From Mobula hypostoma (lineage: Eukaryota), in contig NC_086107.1 of the NCBI RefSeq assembly GCF_963921235.1, forward strand, positions 97,590,001 to 97,654,000: DNA of 64,000 nt, in the 5' to 3' direction. The notes below the pieces were generated by a model that was not told the DNA's origin, searched no databases, and saw nothing but the letters and a program-made list of their open reading frames with translations. Position 1 is the stretch's first letter, and every line of letters starts with the position of its first letter. The position numbers and the translations under genes were made by a program. Shown piece after piece: positions 11,301-23,300 of this stretch.

Positions 11301-14300
11301 CATCTGAAAACCTGCACGTGTACGGAGAGTATCTAATACATATTAGTAAGGTAGTCTGCCTTCCCGTCATTCGTATATACCAGTGTTAAGTTTGGAACAA
11401 AACGGAACCTGGGGCTAGTGTAACAAGACGCCATGCATGTCCATCAGTGTGGTCGCGTGAAACACTCAGAATAAGGAAAAATCACTCACGGGCCGGATAA
11501 GCATAGTATCCCAATATTTGCTCGCAGGCCGGATCTGGCGTAGGTTGCCTACCCCTGACGTACACAGTGGCAAAAAAATAAACCCAAGACCCTGAGTGTC
11601 ATGGCCTGTAGATTGATGATGCATGGAATGTTGACCTGGAGCCATGTTTCTGCAAGTACAAGCACGCAGCAGTTCCTCATCACAGGTTGGTAGATCCGCA
11701 GACAAACGTAATCCAGCTTGTCTTCTACCAAGCGGACACCAGAGGGCAGCACAGATAGGCAGGGCCAGCCCCCGACCCAGCATGGAATCTAGCTTTCTCC
11801 CACAGAGTCTCCGCTGTCTCCTCCCTTGGGCAGCTGCCGCAGGCAACCCCGCGGCATAAGGTCCTGGCCTGTACATCTCCCCTGCTGTCGGTCTCGGCGG
11901 TGAACTGGGCCTTCAGTAATCTACATACCAAAGTCCAACATGATCTAGCAACAACATGCAAGACAATCATCTGCACTGATTATGTGGACTGCGTACTGCC
12001 CTTGACGCTTTCCTGCTTGGGATCCACACTGAACTGATCATTTGGAGTCACAATTGGCCTGGCCATCAAGACAGCAGGTAGTGGTCGATGGGGTTTATCC
12101 TGGCTGGAGGTCTGTGACTAGTGGTGTTCTGCTGGGATCGCACTGGGACCTCTGCTGTTTGTGTTGTATGTATAAATGGTGTGGATGAGACTATAGGCTA
12201 GCGAGTTTGCTGAACTGAAGATTGGTGGTGTGGATAGTGTGGAAGCCTAGAAAAGGATACAATGGGCTGTAGATCAGTTGCAGATGTGACTCAGATCGTG
12301 TTTAACCAAACTAAGTGTGAGATGCGGTGCTTTGGGAGAACAAATGTAAAGTGACAGGAGAAACAGTGACGATGTCGAGAGGGATCTTGGGGTCCAAGCC
12401 CACAGCTCCCTGAAAGTGACTACACAGGTTGATAGGCTGGTGAAGAAGGTACATGTGGCCTTGCCTTGATTAGTTTGGGAAGTTGTGTGGAAGTTTAGTT
12501 AGGCTGCATCTGGAGTACTGCATACAGTTCTGGTTACACCATTCATAGGAAGGATGGTGGAGGTTTTGGAGAGCTCACCAGGATTTTGCCCGGTTTAGAG
12601 GACAAACTTGAGTTCTTTTCTCTGGAGTGGCGGAGGCTGCAGGAGGAGCTGATGGAAGTTTATATGATTGAGAGGCAGTCAGTATCTTCAACTTTCAAAG
12701 TAAAAATTATCAGCATGTCACCAGATACACCCCGAGATTCTTTTCCTGTGGGCATGCTTAGCAAATCTATAGAACAGTAACTGTAAACAGGATCTGTAAA
12801 CTGTAAGCATCAGGTAAACAAACTGTGCAACTGCAGATAATAAAAATGAGTAATAAATTTTCTCCATAAGTAAATCTTTTCCCCAGTGTCGAAATGCCTA
12901 ATACATGCGTTGAAGCTGAGAGGAGTTAAATTCAAAGGAGATGTGTGGGTCAAGTTACTTTTAATGCAGTGGTGGGTGTCTGGAATGCACTGGTGGAGGC
13001 AAATACAATAGAGACGCTTGGATAAGCACAAGAATGTGCAGATAATGGAGGGATATGGACCACATAACAATTACAGCACGGAAACAGGCCACTTTGGCCC
13101 TTCTAGTCCGTGCCGAACTCTTACTCTCACCTAGTCCCACCGACCTGCACTCAGCCCGTAACCCTCCACTCCTTTCTTGTCCATATAGCTGTCCAGTTTA
13201 ACTTGAAACGACAACATCGAACCTGCCTCAACCACTTCTGCTGGAAGCTCATTCCACACAGCTACCACTCTCTGAGTAAAGAAGTTCCCCCTCATGTTAC
13301 CCCTAAACTTTTGCCCTTTAACTCTCAACTCATGTCCTCTTGTTTGAATCTCCCCCACTCTCAATGGAAAAAGCCTATCCACGTCAACTCTATCAATCCC
13401 CCTCATAACTTTAAATACCTCTATGAAGTCCCCCTTCAATCTTCTACATTCCAAAGAATAAAGACCCAACTTGTTCAAACTTTCTCTGTAACTTGGGTGA
13501 TGAAACCCAGGTAACATTCTAGTAAATCTTCTCTGTACTCTCTCTATTTTGTTGACATCTTTCCTATAATTCGGTGACCAATACTCCAAATCTGGCCTCA
13601 CCAATGCCTTGTCCAATTTCAACATTACATCCCAACTCCTATACTCAATGCTCTGATTTATAAAGGCCAGCATACCAAAAGCAATTGGATAGTCAGAAAG
13701 GATTAGTTTAGTTTAATTACTAGCTTAATTAGTTTGGCACAACATGGTGGGCTAGGGGTCTTGATCCTGTGCTGTACCATTCTCTGTTCTCTGTCCCACA
13801 ATCATTTTCCTGTTCTCTCTCTAGACCCCTCCATACCTTTAGTGTGGTAGGTCCAGGTCCCCAATGTGGCCCTCAAGCCCATCACAGGCAGTGATTCAAG
13901 CTAAATCTGAATTCCAGAGGCTGTTTGACCCCATGCCCGTAGTAAAACTTCACAAAGCAAGAGGCCCCACACGAGGGATGTGCCTCGGTATCGGCACGTG
14001 AATATTTGCCCCCTTCATAGATGGGGCTCCTGGGTTGAGACATGGTGTGTGCACCTCCAGTGCTGGCCCCCCCACACTCACCGTCCTTCTCTTCTCGCTA
14101 GGGGGGCTTGACCGCGATGACTGTATTTTACCCGCTGGACACGGCACGCCTGAGGCTTCAAGGTAAGGTTTGGTTTTGTTTTCCTCCACGCGCACCCCGT
14201 GCTCCCCCTTCAGGTGCTCAGAGGTACTGCAACACGGACTGAAACTTAACCCCGTTCCCCTCTCCACAGCAACACACACAATATGCTGAAAGAACTCAGC

Positions 14301-17300
14301 AGGTCAGGCAGCATCTATGGGAATGAATAATCAGTTGACATTTTGGGCCTGAACTCAGAACTGGCTTAACTTCAGTCCTGGAGAAGGGTCTCGGCCCAGA
14401 TCGTCAACTGTTTATTCATTTCCATAGATGCTGCCTGACTTGCTGAGTCCCTCGAGTATTTTGTGTGTGTGTTACTCTGGGTTTCCAGCATCTGCAGACT
14501 TCCTCGTGTTTATGGCTTCCTCTCTGCACAGATGCTGCTGAACATTTCTAGCATCTTCTGTTTTGATTTCCAGCAAACGCAGACTTTTGCTTCACATCGT
14601 GACTGGCGTTCTAATCACAAGGAAACATTGAACAGACTGCATGGCTCAAGGGAGGAAAGACTCAGGATTTTCATATTGCAATTAGGGACAGGTATACTAC
14701 CGTTTAAAGAAAGATAGGCATTCGGTAATGTCTTGCACAAACTCAGAGAACTGGTTGAACATCAAACAATGCAGCTCAGAAACAGGTCCTTCAGCCCTAC
14801 GCCACCATAGACTCCACCTACACTTCTCGCTGCCTCGGTAAAGCAGCCAACATTATTTACTTTTTAATTTGGGTATACATTATGGTTACAGACCCTATGG
14901 TCTAACAAGCCTGTGCTGTCCAATTTCACCCATGTGACCCACGTGGGTGGTGAGGTGGGGAAGTGTCTCTGCCAAAGGAGGTGTGAGGTGCTCCTTCGCT
15001 CCGCTAGCTGGCAGGTCACCCTTGGGCAAGGTGTAGCACCTGCTTAGCCCTGGATCAGTGTCACATGAAGCCCTGGGAGTGGGTGGTGGATGGTCGTATG
15101 AGCAGCCGGTACACATCACAAGTCCTGGTGATGCGACCACTGACGCCAGGCAGGCAACCCCTGAAGAGTATTGATAATGGCTGGGATCGCCCGTCATGTA
15201 AAGACACTGCCCAGAAGAAGGCGATGGCAAACCACTTCTGCAGGTAAATTTGTCAAGAGCAATCATGGTTAAAGGCCGTGATCACCCACGTCATTCGACA
15301 CAGCACATAATGATGATGATATCCAATTAATCTGTATGTTTTTGGAATGTGGGAGGAAACAGGATCACCCAGAGGAAACGTCGTCACAAGGAGAACGTAA
15401 CAAACTCCTTGTGGACAGTGGCGGTATTGAACCTGGGTCGCTGTTGCTGTAACTGTGCTCCCACGCCACCTCATAATCAATGACATATCGTAACTGCTCT
15501 GCATGTGACCACAAGAAACCGCAGAGGGTTGTGGACACAGCTCAGCACATCGTGGAAACCGGCCTCCCCTCCATGGATTCGGTCTGCATTTCTCACTACC
15601 TCAGTAAAACAGCCAGCATCATCAAAGATCCCACCCACCCTGGACATTTTCTCTTCTCCCTTCGCCTGTCGGGCAGAAGACACAAAAGCCTGAAAGTGCT
15701 TATCACCAGACTGAAGGATCGCTTCAATCCACTGCTGTAATTCAAGTTTAATTGCCGGACAACCATACATGAATACAGCCAAACGAGACAGCCTTACTGC
15801 GGGGTCAAGGTGCAGAACGCAGTGCCGACAGTCACACGCAGCGCAAAGCACACATGATGACACAATCATGCAATAAGAGTCTCAAAACTCGCCCCCCCCC
15901 CAAACCGCAGGCGACCCTGTGGCTTGAGGCCCAATCCTAGCCCATACTAAACAACAAGCACATGTAGAGTATCAGTAAAGTACAATGAGCGCAAGCTTAT
16001 GAATGATCCCTAGCACGATAAGAGAGACTCTTAGCCTCACAATCTACCTTGTCACGACCCTTGGCTTTCTGCGCTACAACCGTAACACTTAATTTTGCGT
16101 TCTTTTATTGTTGGGCACGTGGCCAAGTGGTTAAGGCGTTCGTCTAGTGATCTCAAGATTGCTGGTTCGAGCCTCAGCTGTGGCAGCATGTTTGTGTCCT
16201 TGAGCAAGGCACTTAACCACACATTGCTTTGGTGTCTGTGTGAGGAGTGGCGCCCCAGACAGACTTCCAATCTGCGCCTTGTAAGGCATGAAAATGCCCG
16301 ACGCAGGCCTCTCATGGTCTGAGTCAACAGTCCCCCGTTATTGCTTTTCCTTGTGATATCTTGACATGTCGATGTTTGGAATGGCCTATGTTGATGCAAT
16401 GCACAGCAGTGCAATTAGAACAAAATTCATTTTAGTGCAAAGTGATTAAAGTGGTCATGGTGTTGCTAGACTGTAGTAATCAAGGTTGTGCTAGTTAGTT
16501 CAAGAGCTGGATAGTGGAAGGTGAGTAGCTGTGACTGAACCTGGTGGTGTGGGGCTTGACAGTGTGCTCGCTGTAAGAGCAGACAAGCTTCACTGCGGGC
16601 TCCCACAAATTTTGGTGTGACAATAATCGGTTAATGTGTCTGCGGTACTGGTAGGATGGATGGGAAACGGGGACGAGCTGCTCTCCCAATATACTGCCCA
16701 GGAACCATTCCTGGTCACCGGAGAGAGCACTCTGACCTCCCTCTCACCCAACAACACCTCAACACCGTTTGGCGTGCCTGCCGGGTTGTCGTGTCCCCGC
16801 CTGTGCAGGGAGCTATGATGCCTTTCAGCACTGGATGGTTTGATGCAAGTCCGTCTCGGGGGGAGCAGGAGGAAGCGAGGATCTGGGAGGCACCATCAGA
16901 AGCTGTGGGGAAGCGCGCTGTCAAGGAAGGTTAGATGTGAAGGAGAGAGGGAGGGTGGACACAAGGAGCATGCCAGCCGCAGTAACTTTTCCGCCCCCCC
17001 TCGCTTGCTCATTCGGCTGAGCCGTCTCCATCAGCGCTATACAGAGACTCTTAACCGCCAGAGATTCTGCAGATGCTGGAAATCTTGAGCAACACACGCT
17101 CAGAATGCTGGAGGACGAAGGATGGGAGCAGACATAAACATAGACCCAACTGGTGGGACAGAATGGCCTGTCGCTAGGCAACCGGCCCCACACTGGGATG
17201 AGGTGGTGGAGAGGGGAATGTGCACGGGTTATCTCCCTCTGTCCTACGGAGGGAATGTGGGTAGGGTATCAGTGTGGGTTTGTACCCGTCCCTGACGCTG

Positions 17301-20300
17301 CTCTCCTTCATTACAGTGGACGAGAAGATGAAAGCGAAGTCGACTCCCGTCGTCCTGGCCAAGATCATCAAGGAGGAAGGGCTGTGAGTAGGAGTGAGCA
17401 GAGCAAGACCTCCATCCTTTTTTAATTTTAGTAAATGGCATTTTCCAATTCTTGGTCTTTTATTATTCCAAACAAAAGATGAAATAATAGAGTCAACCTG
17501 ATCAAAAAACTTCTTAGTTTAAAAAAAAGGAATATTTTGAAATACATATAAAAATTTTTGTAAGATCATCATTTTAACTGCATGAATTTGACCAACTAAC
17601 GAAAGTGTAAGAGGATTCCACCTAGAAAATAATTGCTTCATAAAATCCACTAAGGGAACTAAATTAGCTCTATAAAGGTCTCCATAATTTTTAGTGATGA
17701 TAATACCTAAATATTTAAAAGAATCCGTAACTTTAAAAGGAATATCATCATATATACTTACCTTACACTACCTTACTTTCTATTTTCTATTTATGATTTA
17801 TAATTTAAATTTTTAATATTTACTATCGATTTATAATCAAGGGAACGGGAAGCGCAGAATCAAATATCGCTGTGATGATTGTATGTTCCAGTATCAATTG
17901 TTTGGCAACAATAAAGTATAAAGTAAAGTATATAAAAGCAGAATCATTTAAAGGAAATAATTCACTTTTATGTAGGTTTAATTTATATCCTGAAAACTTT
18001 CCAAATTCGTATAGTAATTTCAATAAACTGGGAATAGATTCCTCAGGATTCGAAACCCCTAGTTAGTAGGGGTTCTTTTTTCCTTATTTCTTTTTCCCAA
18101 AAAAATAGCTTTAACATTTTGTTTTTTTAATTATTATTATTAATATACTGTTTAGCTTGGTTAATAGTTTGACTCTTATTATACACATTGATATATTGAC
18201 TTGATTATTTTAATGTTTTTTTGTTGTCGCTTTTCAATAATAATTAATAAAAAGATTTAAAAATGAAAAAATGAAATGGAGTGAGCAGAGGATCGTGTGT
18301 GCGCGCACCCTGAGCGGCCTCCTGCCCGATGAGCTGGTGGAGGCAGACGCTGGGCATACTGCCCATTCAACAGGGGCGGTGTGGGGGGAAGGAGATTAGA
18401 TTCTCCCAGAGAGGGAGCGGGCGGGGGCTCCCGTTCCCAGCCCGTGTCTCACCAGGAGGGGCAGATGAGAACGAAGATTTGCCTTGTAGCACTGTCTCTG
18501 ACTTTTGTGTGTCCCAGAGCACTTTACACACAAAGGGGTGCGGAGATACAGTGTGGAATTTGTCCAGAGTCGGCCGCTGGGGGTCTCTGCGCCAGTGTCG
18601 GAGAGCAGATACAGTGGCTGGCAGGGTAACCAGTGCGTTGGTCTTCACCACGGGAGGTCGTGGAGGAGTCTTGTTCCCAATATACTGGGCTTCGTGAGCT
18701 CAGAGTGAGAGAACAGTACAACTGGACTCCTTGTCAAGGAAAGAATGAGTTTCCCCAGAGAGTGAGAGGGAGGCCGGCGACTGGGATGGTAGACCGTGTT
18801 GCTGTGGAAACTGGTTCCACTTAGGGAAAACTAATTGGGCAGATCAGCCATGATTTATTATTGGCTGACCAGCCTCAGATGGGTCGAGTGGCCCGCACCC
18901 TCAGGTCCTGCTTTGTGCTGCGGCTGCCTCGTTCCTTCTTTCCCCTCCAGGGCTGGCAGCCGATCCCCGCCTCTCTTGGCGGGGGGGTAGTGTCAGCACG
19001 TACCCTCCCGAGGGCCCTGGAGCAGGACTCGAACCTACAACCCTCCCAGCTCTCGAGTTGGGAGCATTGGTTGTTGAGGCCTCGCAGGTGCTGGGGCCGG
19101 TGGGAGGGAGGGGGGCGGAATTGCCAGCTTCAGGTTGAAACCCTGCATCAGGACTGAGTGTGGAGAGGGTGGATGGCCGGTAGAATGAGGAGAGAGGACT
19201 GGGGTGACTGGTGGGATGAAAAGTGACAGGCAGGTTGTCCCGGGGAGGAGTGTTGTGTATTTAATATTTCAGTATTGTATATTGGTTGATTAACAATTCT
19301 TAATTTAAATAATTACAGGTTTTATGTAAAATTTCATTAATTGCGTACGTCATCACACTACCAGGTGATACGTGCGCCTTGCTTGAAGCAAAGATGAAGC
19401 CAGACCCGCACTCCCGGACTCTGTGTCTGTCTTTGAAGGTAGAGAAAGGGGGTGGATTTGGGAGATGGTGGCGGGTGGATGATAAATTGAGGCAGACAGC
19501 GGCAGGAGGAGTGACGCGGGGAGGTTCGCAGGAACGCAAAGGGCTCCCAGTGCGGACTCGGAGTAAAGGAGACGCGAGAGTGACTTAGTGAAGGTGGACC
19601 CCGCTGAGGGTCGAGGGATCTGCCACCTCTCGCTCGCTCGCTCACCACTAGCCTCTGAAGTGACTGACCTCCACCTCTGCCTCCGCAGGTCGGCGGTGTA
19701 CCGCGGCTGGTTCTCCGTCATCTCCAGCCTCTGCTGTTCAAACTTCGTCTACTTCTACACCTTCAACGCCCTGAAGGAGACCTGGGTGAAAGGCCAGCCC
19801 CCTTCCAACAGCAAGGACCTCGTCATGGGCTTTATTTCTGGTGGGTAGGTGGTCCCGTTCAGTGTCCGTGTATCACAATGGAACCTGCTCCCCTCTCTGG
19901 CACTCTGAAACCAAACCTCACCGTCACTCACTCCATTGTTAATCATCTCCAATCCTCCTTGTACCAGAAACCCTCTACCCAACTTCAACACTTAGTTGGG
20001 TGTCTGGAGTGCGGGTGCAAAGACGGAAGTGTGAAAGTCGTATGTAATTCAGAGAAAACATTGTAGATATATTGTAGTCCTTTGATCTTTAGCATATAAA
20101 ATGTCATGTAATATTGGGTCGAGCAAGCCCCTTCCTCCAAAAGGGCCTCAAAACCCAGACCAGCTGTGATAAAGCTGTTACATCTTCCCACCAACCCGCT
20201 CCCTGAGGTCTCTCATCTCAATCCATCAGGAAGCCATTAGCCCCACTACCGAGCCTGTTCCACCATTCCCTTGTGTTGTAATGTGAAGAAAGTCACTGCA

Positions 20301-23300
20301 GAGACGTAGCTGGTAGATATGAAGTCGCCTTTTATTCGACAAAACGAGACACAGCAGGCATCATATTGAGACCCTCTCGGAGGAAGAGGCCCGCTTGACC
20401 CAATGTTGCGTGACATTTTGTATGCTAAAGATCAAAGGACTACAATGCTCCCTTTGAATTGCATATAAATTTCAAACCTCCTTTGCACCTTCTCTATAGA
20501 CACCCAAACGAATGTTAAATCAACACTATCTGGTTTTGCCATTAATTGTGGTTCACAGCTGTTTGGAACCCATTGTCCAGAGCTGCATTTTAAATTTAGT
20601 CTACAGTCCATATTCAAACCTGAAGATTGGTGGCTGATGTTAGTTGCTGAAATAAGTAGTTAATATTTTGCTATATGTCCAACCCCCCCTCAAAAAAAAC
20701 ACCCTAACGACCTGGATAATTAGCCGTCTTCACCTGTGAGGCAGGTACTTTGGGTCCCTGGAGAAGTTGCCATTGCTACCAATGCAGTGTGGGGTTCAGA
20801 CCCAACTTCTGGGGCTGTCTGTGTGGAGTTTGTAAGTTCCCCTGCGACCACGTGTGTTTCCACCCATGGACTGCGGGTTGGTGAGTTAACTGGACCTTGC
20901 AAGTTGTCCCCAGCGTGCGGGTGAGTGATGGGAATCTGGGAGGAGTTGATGGGGATGTGGGATTAGTGTGGATGGTCTGCACAGACTCAATGGGCTGAAG
21001 GGCCTGTTCTGCACTGCATGATCCCTCCAGCCACCCTCTCCCCTCAGACCCTCAGTCTATTCGGGTGTCGGGACTTTGCTGTACCGGTAGCCTCTGCGGA
21101 CAGCTCAGGCCACTACCTTCTGTTCCAGGGGTGGTCAACGTGCTGGTCACCACTCCGCTCTGGGTGGTCAATACCCGGCTCAAGATGCAGGGAGCGGCAT
21201 TCCGCAATGAGGACATCCAGCAAACCAACTACAAAGGCATGCTGGGTACGTATCTCGGAGCGCGGCACGGTTTCTAACGGCGCCTGGAACCGGTCAGCGC
21301 CAGCCTAGGTGTGCAGTGAGTTAACTCCCTCTGGCTTTCTCTGTTTCGTGGCTGCCTGTGGGGGTGACGAACCTCGGGGCTGTACCTACTTCGATAATAA
21401 ATGCACTTTGAGTCTTTGAAGATCAGCCGGAAGCTGGCCCCTGCTGGAGCTCCGTGTGGCCGCTAGGTGGAGGCTGTGAGCCAACATTGCTGGGAGCCTG
21501 TTCCTGGTGTTCTGGGCACTGTCTTGCCAAGTCCATTCTTTAATGACCTACCTTTTGCAAGCACTATCATTACCACATCCCTGACACCCCAAAGGTGTTT
21601 CAGAGGTCACTGAACCATCCTGCTAGGGGAATTCAGGACGTCCCTTTAGAACACAGAAAACTTCTTTAGCCTGACGGTCGTGAATCTGTGAAATTCATTG
21701 CCACAGGAGGCTGCATGGGCTAAGTCATTGGGTAGGCAGAGGTTGATGGGTTGTTGATTAATTAGGATGGTCAAAGGTTCCGGGGAGAAGGCAGGAGAAT
21801 AGGGTTGAGAGGGATAATGAATCCCCCATGATGGGATGTCAGAGCAAACTCAATGGGCCAAATGGTCTAATTCTGCTTTTGTGTCTTATTGTCATTTTCC
21901 ACCAGTCCAATATCCACCCCGCCTCTCTCATACTTTAGATACTTGTAAAAAAAAAAAAACTTTTGGTATAGTTTTTTATATTATATCCAGCTGTGACTAG
22001 TCTCCCAGCTGCGGCCTTGGGTGTCTCAGCTGGTAGCTTGTCTGCGACTCAGGTCAGAGGTCAGTCCCCCCCCCCCCGAGGGTCGCAGCACTGAAGGGGG
22101 AAGGGGGATCGGGGATTCTGTTTACAGTCCAGGCCTGGTCCCAAGACCCCACCCGCTCCTGGGTGTAAAGGGTCCGGAACACCTGCCTTAAGAGTTCAGG
22201 GTGGCACCTGGGCCCCCGACCTGTGACCCCAGCCCACGGCTGCCCTCGACTTAAAAGCTGTAACTGCAGAAACTTGTAAAATTAGTCAGCTCCATTTTGA
22301 GCGCAAGCCGCCGTAGTATCTGAGACATCTTCAAGGAGCAGTGCCTCAGGAGGGCAGTGTCCATCATTAAGAACCCCCACCACCCAGAACATGCCTTGTT
22401 CCCATTGCTACCATCAGGAAGCCTGATGTACGTATTTATGTATTGTTTCTATATTATCATGCATTGCATTGTACTGCTGCTGCTAAGATCGCGCATTTCA
22501 CGACGTACGGGCTGTGTTACAGATGCGGTGACGCAGATCATGCAGACGGAGGGGGTGCTGGCACTGTGGAGCAGCACTATCCCCTCCCTCCTGCTTGTCT
22601 TCAACCCCGCCATCCAGTTCATGTTCTACGAGGGCCTGAAGCGACAGCTGATGAAGGGGCGGACTGAGGTATGGGGAGGTGGGGGGGGGGGGTGTTGGAT
22701 GGGAAACAAAGGGAGATGGGATCAGACTCTGGAAGAGGAATGGGGGGTCTTGGCCTTGGGTGGTGGGGACTTAAACCTGCGGTGAGGGAGGGGGTAGGTC
22801 CTGAGGGAGGGAATGGAAGGTTTGTTGGGCGTGGGAGAAGAGGGGAGAGGGTTGTGGAGGGGAGGGAGGACGTGATTGGTTCTGGGAGAAGGTGGGAGAG
22901 GGTTAGGGAGGGAGGACGTGATTGGTTCTGGGAGAAGGTGGGAGAGGGTTAGGGAGGGAGGACGTGATTGGTTCTGGGAGAAGGTGGGAGAGGGTTAGGG
23001 AGGGAGGATGTGATTGGTTCTGGGAGAAGGTGGGAGAGGGTTAGGGAGGGAGGATGTGATTGGTTCTGAGAGAGGGTTGGGGAGGGGGAGAGGATGTGAT
23101 TGGTTCTGGGAGAAGGTGGGAGAGGGTTAGGGAGGGAGGACGTGATTGGTTCTGGGAGAAGGTGGGGGAGAGTTAGGGAGGGAGGACGTGATTGGTTCTG
23201 GGAGAAGGTGGGAGAGGGTTGGGGAGGGAGGGAGGACGTGATTGGTTCTGGGAGAAGGTGGGAGAAGGTTGGGGGGGAGGGAGGACGTGATTGGTTCTGG

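Noticed and set aside
16113..16190. tRNA gene
   Set aside because: A and B boxes are present but there is no complete cloverleaf or terminator, and it runs into a CORE-SINE body
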